The notes below the pieces were generated by a model. It worked only from the letters and a program-made list of their open reading frames with translations, searched no databases and had not been told where the DNA came from. The position numbers were made by a program, and so were the translations under genes. Below, in pieces: positions 48,588-60,400 of a stretch of 64,000 nt of DNA (the stretch's first letter is position 1; every line of letters starts with the position of its first letter). The DNA comes from Yuukianura sp. NJ FZ-2021 (taxonomy: Eukaryota), in the NCBI GenBank assembly GCA_046563655.1, contig CM102290.1, positions 11,656,001 through 11,720,000 of the forward strand, read 5' to 3'.

Positions 48588-51500
48588 ATGTATCTGATCC
48601 ATAGAATCTTAATTGTCATACTCGCCATATCGGCACTACTACTTCCGGAAACCTTATCAAAAATCCAAACGGAAACTGAACTTCAGAAGTCTACTTTAAC
48701 ACGGGTCCAGAACTGGTGGACTCAATTTTCTACTTCCTACACCAAGTACAATGAGACTACACACATTCTACACGAACTGGAACATGAAGTACCTCATTTG
48801 GTTAAAATCTACTCAATTGGGAAGTCTGTCCAAGGTCGTGACATGTGGGTGGCTCAAATCACTGAGAATGTCACTGAACCGAGACCACTTCTACGACCAA
48901 TGGTTAAGATTGTAGCAAATATGCATGGAGATGAAACTCTCGGGCGGTCACTTCTGTTGATGCTCACTACTCACTTGGTTGAAGGCTATTTGAACAATGA
49001 AACCAGGTAAGAAATAAGAGATTTAGTTACTAATCAACTTTATTTAACTTAATTTGCTTTGTATAGGATTGTCAATCTACTCAAAACTACTGATATTCAC
49101 TTGATGCCTACAATGAATCCGGATGGATATGAAGCTGCCATAGAAGGTGTTTGTAGTCCTCTTCCGAACTTAGTGGGACGTGAAAATGGCAACAAAGTGG
49201 ATCTCAATCGGAACTTTCCTGATCAATTCATGACTTCGTCAACGGACGATGTAGAATTCATTCGAAACAGAGAACCAGAGACACTTAATGTCATGAAATG
49301 GATTGTGGAGAATCCATTTGTAGTATCAGCTAACCTCCATGCTGGATCGCTTGTGGCCAGTTACCCATTTGATTCTATTCCTTTTACAGTCAGGGGCAGG
49401 TAAAGTTTATGATTTCAATTAAATTTTAGTAACTTATACCAATTAACTTGTATTTTCAGCAAGGAGAGACCGTTTACAGGAGGCGGCATTCCCAACTTGG
49501 CTCCTGACAATGATGTCTTTGTTCATTTGGCCGAACTTTACTCTTCTAAGCACAAAACAATGCACCTTGGCACAGTGCTCCCCGGCTGTGATGATCATTT
49601 CGATAAAGGCATCACGAATGGAGCCAAGTGGTACAATGTTTACGGTTAGTCTATACGTTTTTCTCTGCTTTCTGGATTTTAATAACCAACTAACTAACTA
49701 CTGTGTTATTTGCAGGAGGGATGCAAGATTTTAATTACATTCATTCCAACTGTTTTGAAATTACACTGGAACTGTCGTGCTGCAAGTATCCAAATGCATC
49801 TGACTTGCTGTCGGAATGGAAATCCAACCAAGAATCGCTCCTCTCGTATTTGGAATCGGCTCAAATGGGTCTTCGGGGACTCGTTACTGACAGCACAGGA
49901 AGTCCACTGGAAGGAGCCGAAGTTCTAGTGTCTGGAATTGACCATCCCATCAGAACGACTAAACGAGGAGAGTACTGGCGGATGTTGGTTCCTGGAAAGT
50001 ATAATGTTAGTGTCAAGGCTTGGAAGTAAGTTATTTCTGTTTACAAACTGTGTTGTGTTCAAAACAGAAATGAAAATGTTTTTGTTGTTGTTTTTCAAGA
50101 CGTGCAGCAACTCCTTGGGAAGAAGTTGAAATTAAAGATTACCAGTCACCTGTTGAACGCAACTTCAAAGTTGAAAATGCTCAAGTTCCTGTGAAAGAAG
50201 AGGAGGCTGTTCCAAGCTCAAGCCACGCCCCTGGTAATGACTTTTTCTACTTCCTGATTTGCCTGATTTGCACCGGGAGCTTAGCAGTACTTGGGCATTA
50301 CTAGACATTTCACCGAAATAGAGCAGTGTATCTTAAGAAATCTGCCTTCTTCACAGCTCATCAGTATTAGTGAAGCGCTTTTACCACATGCTTTTATTCA
50401 AAGTTTTCCAGAATTGACTTAACGATTGTTCTTCGCACTTAAAGTTATTAATATTTTCTCATTTCCTTTCCTATTAAATTTTACTATTGGACTAAGAATA
50501 GCAAGAGAAACTAGTTTGTGCATGTAAACTGTTTTCGCTTTTTTAAAACTTTTAGATCTTTGTAGTTTGTAGTGACTTGGAAGAAATGTAGTTAATGATG
50601 TAGTACTTCTAGTAGTATTGGGTAAAACCGCAAGCAATAAATAGCTTGGTGACAACTTATCTTGCCACCGAATCCAAACATCGGAAAGTTTAATATAACG
50701 TTGTCGTCGCATAACTTGTAAAGTAGAATTTGTTAGGGGAATTAGAGATGATTTCTAGTGCTAGAAGAGTTTATGGTGCAAGAAGAATTTCTGGTGGTAT
50801 TTCAAATTGTGAAATTAACTGAACGTTTTTGTTTTTCAGAAGATTTCGAACCTTACTCGAAGCACCACAACTACGAGGAATTGAAATCAACGCTGCTTGG
50901 CCTTATGAAACAGTATCCAAACATTACCAGCCTCTACTCTATTGGACAGAGTGTTCAAGGACGGGAACTGTTTGTCATGGAAATTTCTGATCTTCCTGGC
51001 AAACATGAATTGGGTAAGCGTGTTACTTCCAAGCATGTTTTTACATAGTTTTGTTTATTATTTTGGTTATCGTTTGTGTTTCATAATGTTGGAAAAACAA
51101 TCAGTTCTGCTGTTTGTAATTGTAGGAGAACCGGAATTCAAATATGTGGGGAACATGCATGGAAACGAAGTCGTGGGTCGAGAGCTTCTGCTAAATCTCA
51201 TTCGGTACCTGCTAGAAAACTATGGGAAAGACGACAGAGTTACTCGGTTGGTTGAAACAACCAGAATTCATATCATGCCGTCAATGAATCCAGACGGTTA
51301 CGAGATTTCGCGAGAAGGTACGCCACACTACGAGTTACAAATGAGTACTTTGGTGTTGTGTTTTGTATAATAGCGGAACAATTTTATTTTGGTGTAGGCG
51401 ATGTTCAAGGAGTGAAGGGCCGAACCAATGCCCACAAGGTTGACCTCAACAGGAACTTTCCGGATCGGTTTGATGCTGAATTCGACAAACTTCCCGAAGA

Positions 51501-54500
51501 TGATCCACGGCACGCAAGTCGTGAGAATTTAGTTGCAGAACCAGAAACTGCAGCAGTCATCCAGTGGATTCACATGTTTCCTTTTGTGCTATCTGCTAAC
51601 TTGCATGGTGGTTACCTAGTTGCCAATTACCCCTTTGATGACACAAAATCCTGGGAGAAAAAGTACTCTTCATCACCAGATGACTCTGTTTTTCGATCTC
51701 TTGCTCAAACGTATTCAAACGTAAGGCTTAATACTTGTGAAATGCATGTAGAAACTGAACTAAATCATAAATCTTTTAATTCTCAACTTGGTTTTAGGCT
51801 CACAAAAGAATGTGGAACGGAAACCCATGTCCAGCCATTGCCCCAGAATCGTTTCCTGGAGGAATCACTAATGGGTAAATATTTATTGTTATTATGCATT
51901 TCTTATAGGAATTAATTATTATAATGTTAATGCTTTTTAGTGCTAATTGGTACGTCGTGAGTGGGGGAATGCAAGACTATAACTACGAGTTCTCCAACTG
52001 TTTTGAAATTACGCTGGAAGTTGGTTGCTTCAAGTACCCCTATGCAAAGGACTTGAAATCATACTGGGACGAAAACAAAGAAGCTCTTCTCAAGTACATC
52101 GAGCAGGTTAGACTCCTGATTTTAGTACTTGCAGTTGTGCTGTGGCTTCATTAATGTTAGAACTAATAAATTGTGTCTATGTAGGTCCACGTCGGTGTCA
52201 ATGGATTTGTTTTCGATGAAAATGGAAATTTGGTGGGAGGAGCCAAAATTTATGCGGATTCCGGAAGCCATGCGATTGAGTCCGCCAGTACTGGAGACTA
52301 CTGGAGACTCTTGACTCCTGGCATCCACAATATTACAATCTCCCATAAGGGGTAAAACTTGAAACAAATTATTTAGTGATGGCATGCCTTGATTCTTAAT
52401 GTGATTCTCATTTTTCTGTTATTTTTATAGTTATAAGAACCAGACACAAAAAGTTTTGGTGAAGCGGGACAGCTCTACTCAAGTCAACTTTACACTAAAC
52501 GCCGTAGAAGAAAAGCTACCTGTTGAATCAGAATTCTCCCCTGACAAGGAAACACCGCCCGCTGAAGTTCCAATTTCAACTGCCGTTGAACCAACGATTA
52601 TCAACGAAGATACTCTAACTGCATTTAGTTCTGGAAGTTTTGATATTCTGGAATACGAAACCTACGATTCACTACATCATTTGATGATGTCAGATCAGCT
52701 GGGAGCTCCAGATGATTCTAAAATCCACGTACTCTTGGTCGGAAGTCTGATTGGACACAGTGGAAACGAAATCCTCATACGACTAGCAAAACAACTTACA
52801 GTTGGCTTCAAATTGGGATACGAACAGATCGTCAGATTACTTCGGTCAACTGTGCTCCACTTTGTGTTTATTGAACAACCAGAAGAAATGGGATCCTGTA
52901 TGAGCACGGGAGGGAAGAATCAAACGGAATTGGCCACCGACTTGAAGACATTACACAAGTTTTTGGAAGGTCGTCGTTTTGACCTTGCACTGGCTTTTGC
53001 ATCGGGTGAAATCGACATTAAGTTTCCGAAAGTTCATAAGAAGATATTCGGATCAGTAAATGAAATTTTCAAGGACGTGAAGCAACACGCAGCTTGTGCC
53101 AAGTCTACCAAAACTATCGCGAAGCAAAGTGACATTTTCACAGCATTGGACATGATTTCCATCAGCCTCTTTTGCTGTATTGAACCCGATGTTGCAACTA
53201 TCGAAGAAACGTATAAGGCCCATATGAACCACATTCTGCAAGTATTGGAGTTGTCAACGCAAGGAATTTCGGGTCAAATCCTGGATTCTTCTGGAAACGG
53301 ACTCAGAGATGCGCAGCTCAAAGTGAATTCTAAAGATGGAAGTACGGAAGATGTGAGAATTAGTTTGAATTCTGGCCATTTCGTTCATATGCTTCCGCAA
53401 GGGAAATATACATTGGAAGCAAGTTCAGCTGGATTTGAAACTAGGCAATTACGTTTGGACATAGCAAATCGGCTGCTTCGTGCAATCAACGTTTCTCTAG
53501 AGGCAATTCAACCAGCACAATCTGCTAAGCTTAACAAAGAAGTGAGGAATCTGTTTGACAGCTTTTACTACCCTAGAAGAACTTTCATGGAGTTCAAGAA
53601 GAAGTATGCTGGGCTATTTGATTATTACGATTTCGACCTAGAGAAGCACAGTGGAGAAGTACTCGGACTTCGACTGGGAAGAAAGACGTGGCAGAAAGTT
53701 GCAGTTGTGTTTGATGGGACAACTGTGTCACCCTCAGTGTTAACGTCGTGGCTGGATACGTATTTGACGTTTATCACTGCTGAAGAACAGAATCCAACTA
53801 AACGCAGTAGAGAGCGACTTCAGTTTGAATTTCTACTCAAAGATGGAAATGGTAATGCAATGTTTTAAAAGTTTAATACTATGTTTGTGTCTTTTATGAA
53901 AAATAGTTAACGTTAAAATGCTTTATCTGCAGATACTTCCGGTGGTCTGAACTTCAACGCCGTTAAAAACTGGATCTGGACTCACCATATGCCAGTTGTA
54001 TTCGATCTGACCTGTAACAGCCCTTGGACAGAAAGTGACACAGAAAAGTACATCAATGGAAGTCGCTTTGGAATGGTGGATAGGCAAATGGTGGTGGACA
54101 TTCGCAAGAATCTTTCGGTTGCTATGGAACAAGAATCATCGAAAACGAAACTATGTGCTTCTTGTGTTCCTAAAATCAACGCAGGAATCTCTCGGCAGCT
54201 AACGGTAAGCTTTTACAATTTCGATTTAGCTGAAGTCGAATGATTGTTGTTTGTTTTTGTCAATAATTGACTGAAAACTATTTGGACAGGCGTCGGATCC
54301 GGATTTGGGCAGCCTAATCTTTCCGCTGAGTCTGGACTGTGTAACGGGAAATCATTCGGTAGAGGACGCTGAAATCGTCAGAGCATTGAGAGGCATTACT
54401 GCAGTTGTTCGAGAGCTACAAGGAATTCAAGGCAAGTTATTATTATTGTTGTGAATGACCGGGGAACAGTTATTTGTGGGGAGGATAACAGTTGGAACTT

Positions 54501-55610
54501 TGCATGTAAATTTATGATGGAACAACTGGAACTAATTCATTTAAATGGGCAATTTAGTGTGGATGTGGTTTTGGTGTTCAATGTGGTTGGCACGGATAAG
54601 CAATGGGCGGAGCTTAGGACAGCTCGTCTCATTGCATGCACCAAAGTTTTCAACTTTCCTTGAACATGGAACTGAATTTAGTCGGTCACTTACTTGTATC
54701 AACGTACCAGTTGAGTTCATTTTTACACTCAATCAAGCGTTTGTGGTTTTTCTTCCAGGATTCGTGACAACCACCTTGCATGAGCCTCTGCCGAATGTAA
54801 AAATCACTTTTGGAAATAACTTCACCGTGGCATGGACAGACAGTTTTGGAAGATTTGAAAAGCCTTTCATTCCAGTGAGGGACATTCCGGTCACGGTAAG
54901 ACAAATCACCTAACAAAAAGAATCGCGATTAGTTGAAATTATGCATTAAAAGTGAAACTCATTTGTCATTTTAGGTTTATGCGGACGGTTACTTGAGTGC
55001 GTTCAAAGTAGTTAGTGTGTCGCCTGGACAGTACCAAAACTTGCTCTTCGTCATGGACAAGGACATGTCCGTGTGGGGATTACCGAGATTGGCATTTGTG
55101 GCTCTTGCTGGTAAGACATTTAACTTTTTAAAGTTTTCTTTGATTTTGAGTTTGACGTAAACATAAGTTTTGGATTTCATTTTTTACAGCAAGTACAATC
55201 CTGGGGCTGCTGGTCGTCTTGTCGATGTGTTTTGTGATATGTCGACGTCGACGTTCTCTTGTGGGGCCCAATCACTATGGATTCTTCCAAATGAACAATT
55301 CAATGATGTTTGAAGACGAAGAGGAGCAACTATTTTCGTCAATCAAACCAGGCCCTGTGATTGGTGAGCATCTATAAGTTGTTTAGTTGTAGTAGTTACT
55401 TCGAAATTCAAAAACTTAGCATCGCTGTAGCCATGTCAGATCCTCAACAGCGAGTTTTAGACATCCCTGCATGATAACAACGAATGTGTTTGTGTTTTTT
55501 TAGAGCGGAAGTTCAAGCTGGAGACGGACGATGATTCTGAGGAAGATGAATTAGTGGGTGAACGGAATCCAATTCGAGTAGGTCTGCGTCAGTGGGGCAA
55601 GAAGACGTGA
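48588..55610 (+). CDS. CPD: Carboxypeptidase D (silver-like, M14B): signal peptide, two active CP domains, two degenerate CP-like domains, TM helix and cytosolic tail
   Basis: Domain 1 [41 protein letters not shown]; domain 2 [40 protein letters not shown]; degenerate domains at 52600-54950; [31 protein letters not shown] then RRRR; acidic tail [10 protein letters not shown]; stop at 55608-55610. Confidence 0.93.
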
Positions 55611-55994
55611 TTTCAGACTGGTGTCATGTCAGCCATTTCTCCTTCCGAGAATCCAATCCTTGTCATACGTTCATCATCTTTGGTTAACTTACAAACTAAA
55701 TAACCAAGGAGAGTCCAATTAGACTGAATCCCCATAACACTACTCACTTCCAAACTAAACTCTCTTTTTCGTATTGATAGACACACGTTTCGGTTGTCTC
55801 TTGTCAATGTGTATTTTTACAAGGCACTTGGTAATTTACCAAAATTAATATTTAATTGATTAATTTTCAAGAGTTCGTACAAGTAATGATGCTATTTAGT
55901 AAGGTAAACATGAACAGAAGTAGTCGTTAGTTTGTGCATGGCGCGTGTGTAGTGGGTGCCAACCTGGTGCAATTAATGTATTGAAGTGACCTTA

Positions 55995-56997
55995 CCGTAT
56001 TTTCCCTAATAGTACACCATACCTAAATAGTACACCAGGTCCCTAATAGTACACCAGGTCCAGGGCCCGAAAAATTAATTAGTACACCGTCCCAAATAGT
56101 ACACCAGGTCTCTAATAGTACACCGGGTCTTTGGTCTTTGGTAATACACCCAAGGAGTATGCCCAGTGTTGCTGTATGCTTAAACATCCAGTGGCTTAAT
56201 CCATCCGGATGTCCAATAGAATAAATGGGGTTGTAGTGGACGGTGAATGCAACAAATTAAAAATTCAGCGGAGTTCAAATAAATTTAAGTTAACTATTTT
56301 TTTTTTTTTAAAGGACAAATATTTGGTTTTATTGAAAATTTAACAATCACCCGCCCTAGGCAGGTTGAGAAAAGGATAAGTTAACTATTATAAAATAATT
56401 TATTTGCATTTTAAACCGTCTCTTGATATGCGCACCCATTGACGAAATATCGAAAAAGTGGATTTCCAGCAACTCTGAGTATACGCCTACTGGAAAAGTT
56501 TGGCTATATTTAATTAAATTACAGTGTTGGTGGATGGATAAAATACTTCTTCCACTTCCCTCAAAAGTGCTGGATATATCCGGATTTTCTTGGTTTCTTC
56601 CGGACGAAACTCAATTTCGTCCATATGAAACTGGATTTCATCCGGATTTATCCATTTATCCAGTGGATATATCTTGGACGAAATGCTCAAAAAGTGGATA
56701 TCCACCAACACACTGATTAAATACAACAGAAAAAACATTAATGTTCTTTCTATCTTGTTCCTACACAAGCAATTCTACAAAATACACATCATTTACAGGC
56801 TTCTTTAAAATTTTTACAAGCAAAATTCGAATATTTCTTGCGTAATTTCAATGAGAGGTTAGTAAAAAATAATAAGCTTTTTGGAAAAAAGAATTAATAC
56901 ACCGTCCCTAATAGTACACCAGGTCTCTAATAGTACACCACCCCCAGAAGTCGAAAACAAAATTAGTACACCAGGTGTATTATTTGGGAAAATACGG
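55995..56997. mobile_element. ~1-kb non-autonomous Tc1/mariner-pogo-type element with subterminal aatagtacacc repeats
   Basis: TIR CCGTATTTTCCCTAATAGTACACC versus reverse complement CCGTATTTTCCCAAATAATACACC (22/24); TA on both flanks; multiple aatagtacacc(aggtc) repeats near both ends. Confidence 0.85.
56522..56715. mobile_element. CAGTG-ended MITE nested inside the TA-TSD element
   Basis: CAGTGTTGGTGGAT ... ATCCACCAACACACTG; flanks attaaatt/attaaata resemble an 8-bp TSD; a related end at 56164. Confidence 0.6.
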
Positions 56998-57490
56998 TAA
57001 CTCTTGTGATGAAAGTTACCTTTTTAGCTTTCAGAAACAAAAATTTCAGAAAAGTTCTGAAATTTCTCCTATACGTTTTGACAGAACTGTAGGTGATATG
57101 TAAGATTTTTCAAATTGCTTTACTGTAAAATTTTAAATTCAAAGTCCAGGAGGCTTTTAAGTACTAATTAAATCGTTTGAAAAGTAAAAGAAACTAGATT
57201 TGAGACCGGTTTCGTTTTTTTTAGTTAAAAAATTTTGAGAACAAGTTTGTGCAGTTTTTGATTTTCAGAAAATTGCATAGAATTTGGCAGATTTTGAGAG
57301 TTGGAAAATTTGTTTGTTCCGCTCTTCAGAGGTTTGACATTGACGTTGTTGATAACGCTAACGCTCTTGGCTTTAGACTCTTGAGCGGATAAAAGTTGTG
57401 GTTTTGTGGTCCGACATAAAACTAACACTTCAAGTGTAATTTTGAGAGTTAGGATTGAAAAGTTTTTCTAAAAAAAGTTTAACTTGAATA

Positions 57491-60400
57491 ATGTTAGTCC
57501 AGAAAAGTAGAAGCGTCTTCCAACGCTCAATTTTAGGAAGTTCAAACTTTAGTAATCGTTTTCTTAGATTTTCTGTACAAAATGAGGTCAGTTCCAAAGG
57601 TCACGACGCTCCTGCTATGTCAAGTTTGCTTTCGGACGTTGAGAGCAGCGATTTCCGGAAGCGACTTGCTCCCTGGTTGGCCATTGGTCATTATGAGCAT
57701 GGTCTCATGTCACATCTGAGGACGCAGGAAATACTGCGCGCAACTTCTGTGCTGTACATGTGCCGGTTCGACCGATTAGTCGAAAGAAGTCAAGCGGTGA
57801 GACAATTGAAAAAGGATTTTAAAGTTTCAAAATTCTCAAGGTTTTTGGAAATTCTGAAATAATTGTTGTTTTTTCAGCTCTTCAACTTATCCAGAAAAGT
57901 TGGATTAGGAGGCCTAGTACGTTGTACTTTTTTTGATCAGTTTGTGGGTGGGGAGACGCTGGACAGAATGGACAAAAGCGTAAAATTGATGCGTGAAAGA
58001 GGACTACGGCTGATGCTGCTGCCAGTAGTCGAAGCAGATATTTCAGAAGTACTGGATCAACGGTAAGCCAATTCCTGGCGGCCAAGCATTTTTGGCGCTA
58101 GTTTCTCAATTGATTTCTCAAATTTTTTAATTTCTTTTGAAATATTTTAGACAATGCGAACTAAACTTGGCAGAACTGGAAGATCTTGTACGATTGACAG
58201 CGAAACTGGGACCAAAAAATTCCATTTTTCAACTTAAACCATCAGCATTCATTTCACCAACTGCGTTGGTAAGATTTCAAAATTTTAAAAAATGTTTTAA
58301 GGATTATAGGTAACTGAAAATTTGAACAGACAATTTTTTTAGGAAAGTGTTTCTAATGCAGTAGCGAAGTACAAAGAATCGGGAGATTCAATAACCAGAC
58401 AAGCGCGTCTCATCGAACTGTTTTCAAATTCAATTGACAAGGGGTCAGGAGCACTGGATGAGGTCAAAGGTTTGACAGCAACGGAGAAAGAGGATTTTGT
58501 TCTTGGATTACAGCGAGCGGATAAGTTGGGTAAAAGTTCACGTTTTTAATCTTTACCAAACTTTTGACGACAATTGGTTGTCGAAAATTAACTTTTGTTG
58601 AAATTGACACGATTGTTACTACGAAACGAAGGTGAAACTTCTAAACTTGCATTTCGCGAAAGGCAAATTTTTTGGACAAAGCAACAATTGAGTTGTTAAT
58701 TTGAGGCTTCACAGATGACCGCATAATGTCACAAAAACGGTTACAATTTGTAACTTTTTTTTTGTGAAATTTTGTAACTTAATACAAAATTTAAATCTCG
58801 GGAACGAAAAGCAATAGAGAGACTCTAGAGAGAGGTGCGTTTTGAAAGTTTTTAGCGAAGAGCTTTCTATCACTTTTTCACTTTCTGTCCTCGAGATATA
58901 AATTTTCAAAATTTGATTTTCATTTTCAAAAACTTTGAAAATTCATAACTCGGGAACGGAAAGCGAAAGAAACGTAAACTCTTCGCCCCTGAATTCACAA
59001 AAATATATAGTATTTTTAGAAAATATAAAAAGGTACCCTCAGATTTTGACGAAATTTCGAAAAAATCCATGGACTATAATAGTCCATGGTTTTTTTCAAA
59101 ATTTGACGAAAAACTTGATGTTCGATTTTGGAGTTTTCAAAATTTCTAAAAATTCTTCATGTTTATTGAAAGTCTCTCGCGAAGAGATTAGGTCTTTATC
59201 CCTTTCCATTCACGAGATATAAATTTTCAAAATTTCATTTTAATTTTCAAAAACTTTCAAAATTCATAACTCGGGAACGGAAAGCGATAGAAAGGTAAAC
59301 TCTTCGCCCCTGAATTCACAAAAATAAGGAGTATTTTTAGAAAATATAAAAAGGTACCCTCAGATTTTGACGAAATTTCGAAAAAATCCATGGAAGATAG
59401 GATAGGAAGGTAATGGCGATAAGACGGTAATCTCCTCGGGAAAAATGTTAAGCAAAATACGAAGTAAAGTTTAAAAGAAGCTCCGTTAAGTTTAGTCGTT
59501 TCTTGAAAACTCAGGTTAGGTGTTAGGCTCTCATTATTGCAAGGATTTTTTTTACAAGAAATGAAAGTGCAGTGAGGACGGTATGGTAAACTAGTTTCGT
59601 TTAATTCATGTTATTAGCGAATTCGAATGAGTAGTAAATGATTTATTGAGTTTTGTAATTGTTAGAAGTAAGGTTGGTTGATGTCTTTTGTGTTGTGTGC
59701 GGGTGAATATTAGACGTTTGCAGTGCATTTCCAAACCAAAATGCCCAGGTTTCCATTGTAGAAGACATTGACAAAGTGAAGCGCGTCGTGGGAAATTTCG
59801 AATCCATAACATTCTCCGACAACTGCATGCCAACCCGGTCCGTAGATTCGATCCAAATTTTCTGTGATGCTCTTACAGGCAGCCTAGAATACGAAGAGAA
59901 AGGTTTAACACATAGGAGAAAAAAGAGCGCAAGAATAAATACTTTTACCACATAGTCACCCAAATTGTGCTCTACAGCAGCTACGACGAAGTCCGTAATG
60001 TCCGTTTTAGTGTCTTCCGGCAGATCCACGTTCTCAAAAAGAAAAGAAAAGTAAAGGAATTTTAAAAAGTAGAAATTTAAGATATGATAAATGAAAATTG
60101 TACTGACCCGGACGACTGCGTAAGTCGGCATGACCGGTTCCTCGGCAACCACTTCCCCTTCGGCATCAGCGTCCGCTTCCTCGACGGCGGCGTGAGTATC
60201 TGACGTGACGCTCTCATTGTCCCCGGCTTCAGCGGTCTCTTCCCCCTCTTCTTCTTCACCCTCCTCGCCGGGTTCCAATGGGTCAATATCCTCAGTTGAC
60301 ATCTTTACAAACGAAGTTTTCTGTTGAAGAAGCGAAGTATTCAAGAACTACTAGATTCGGACGCGGAGCAAAAATGAATGCGACTGCTCAGCTAGACGTT

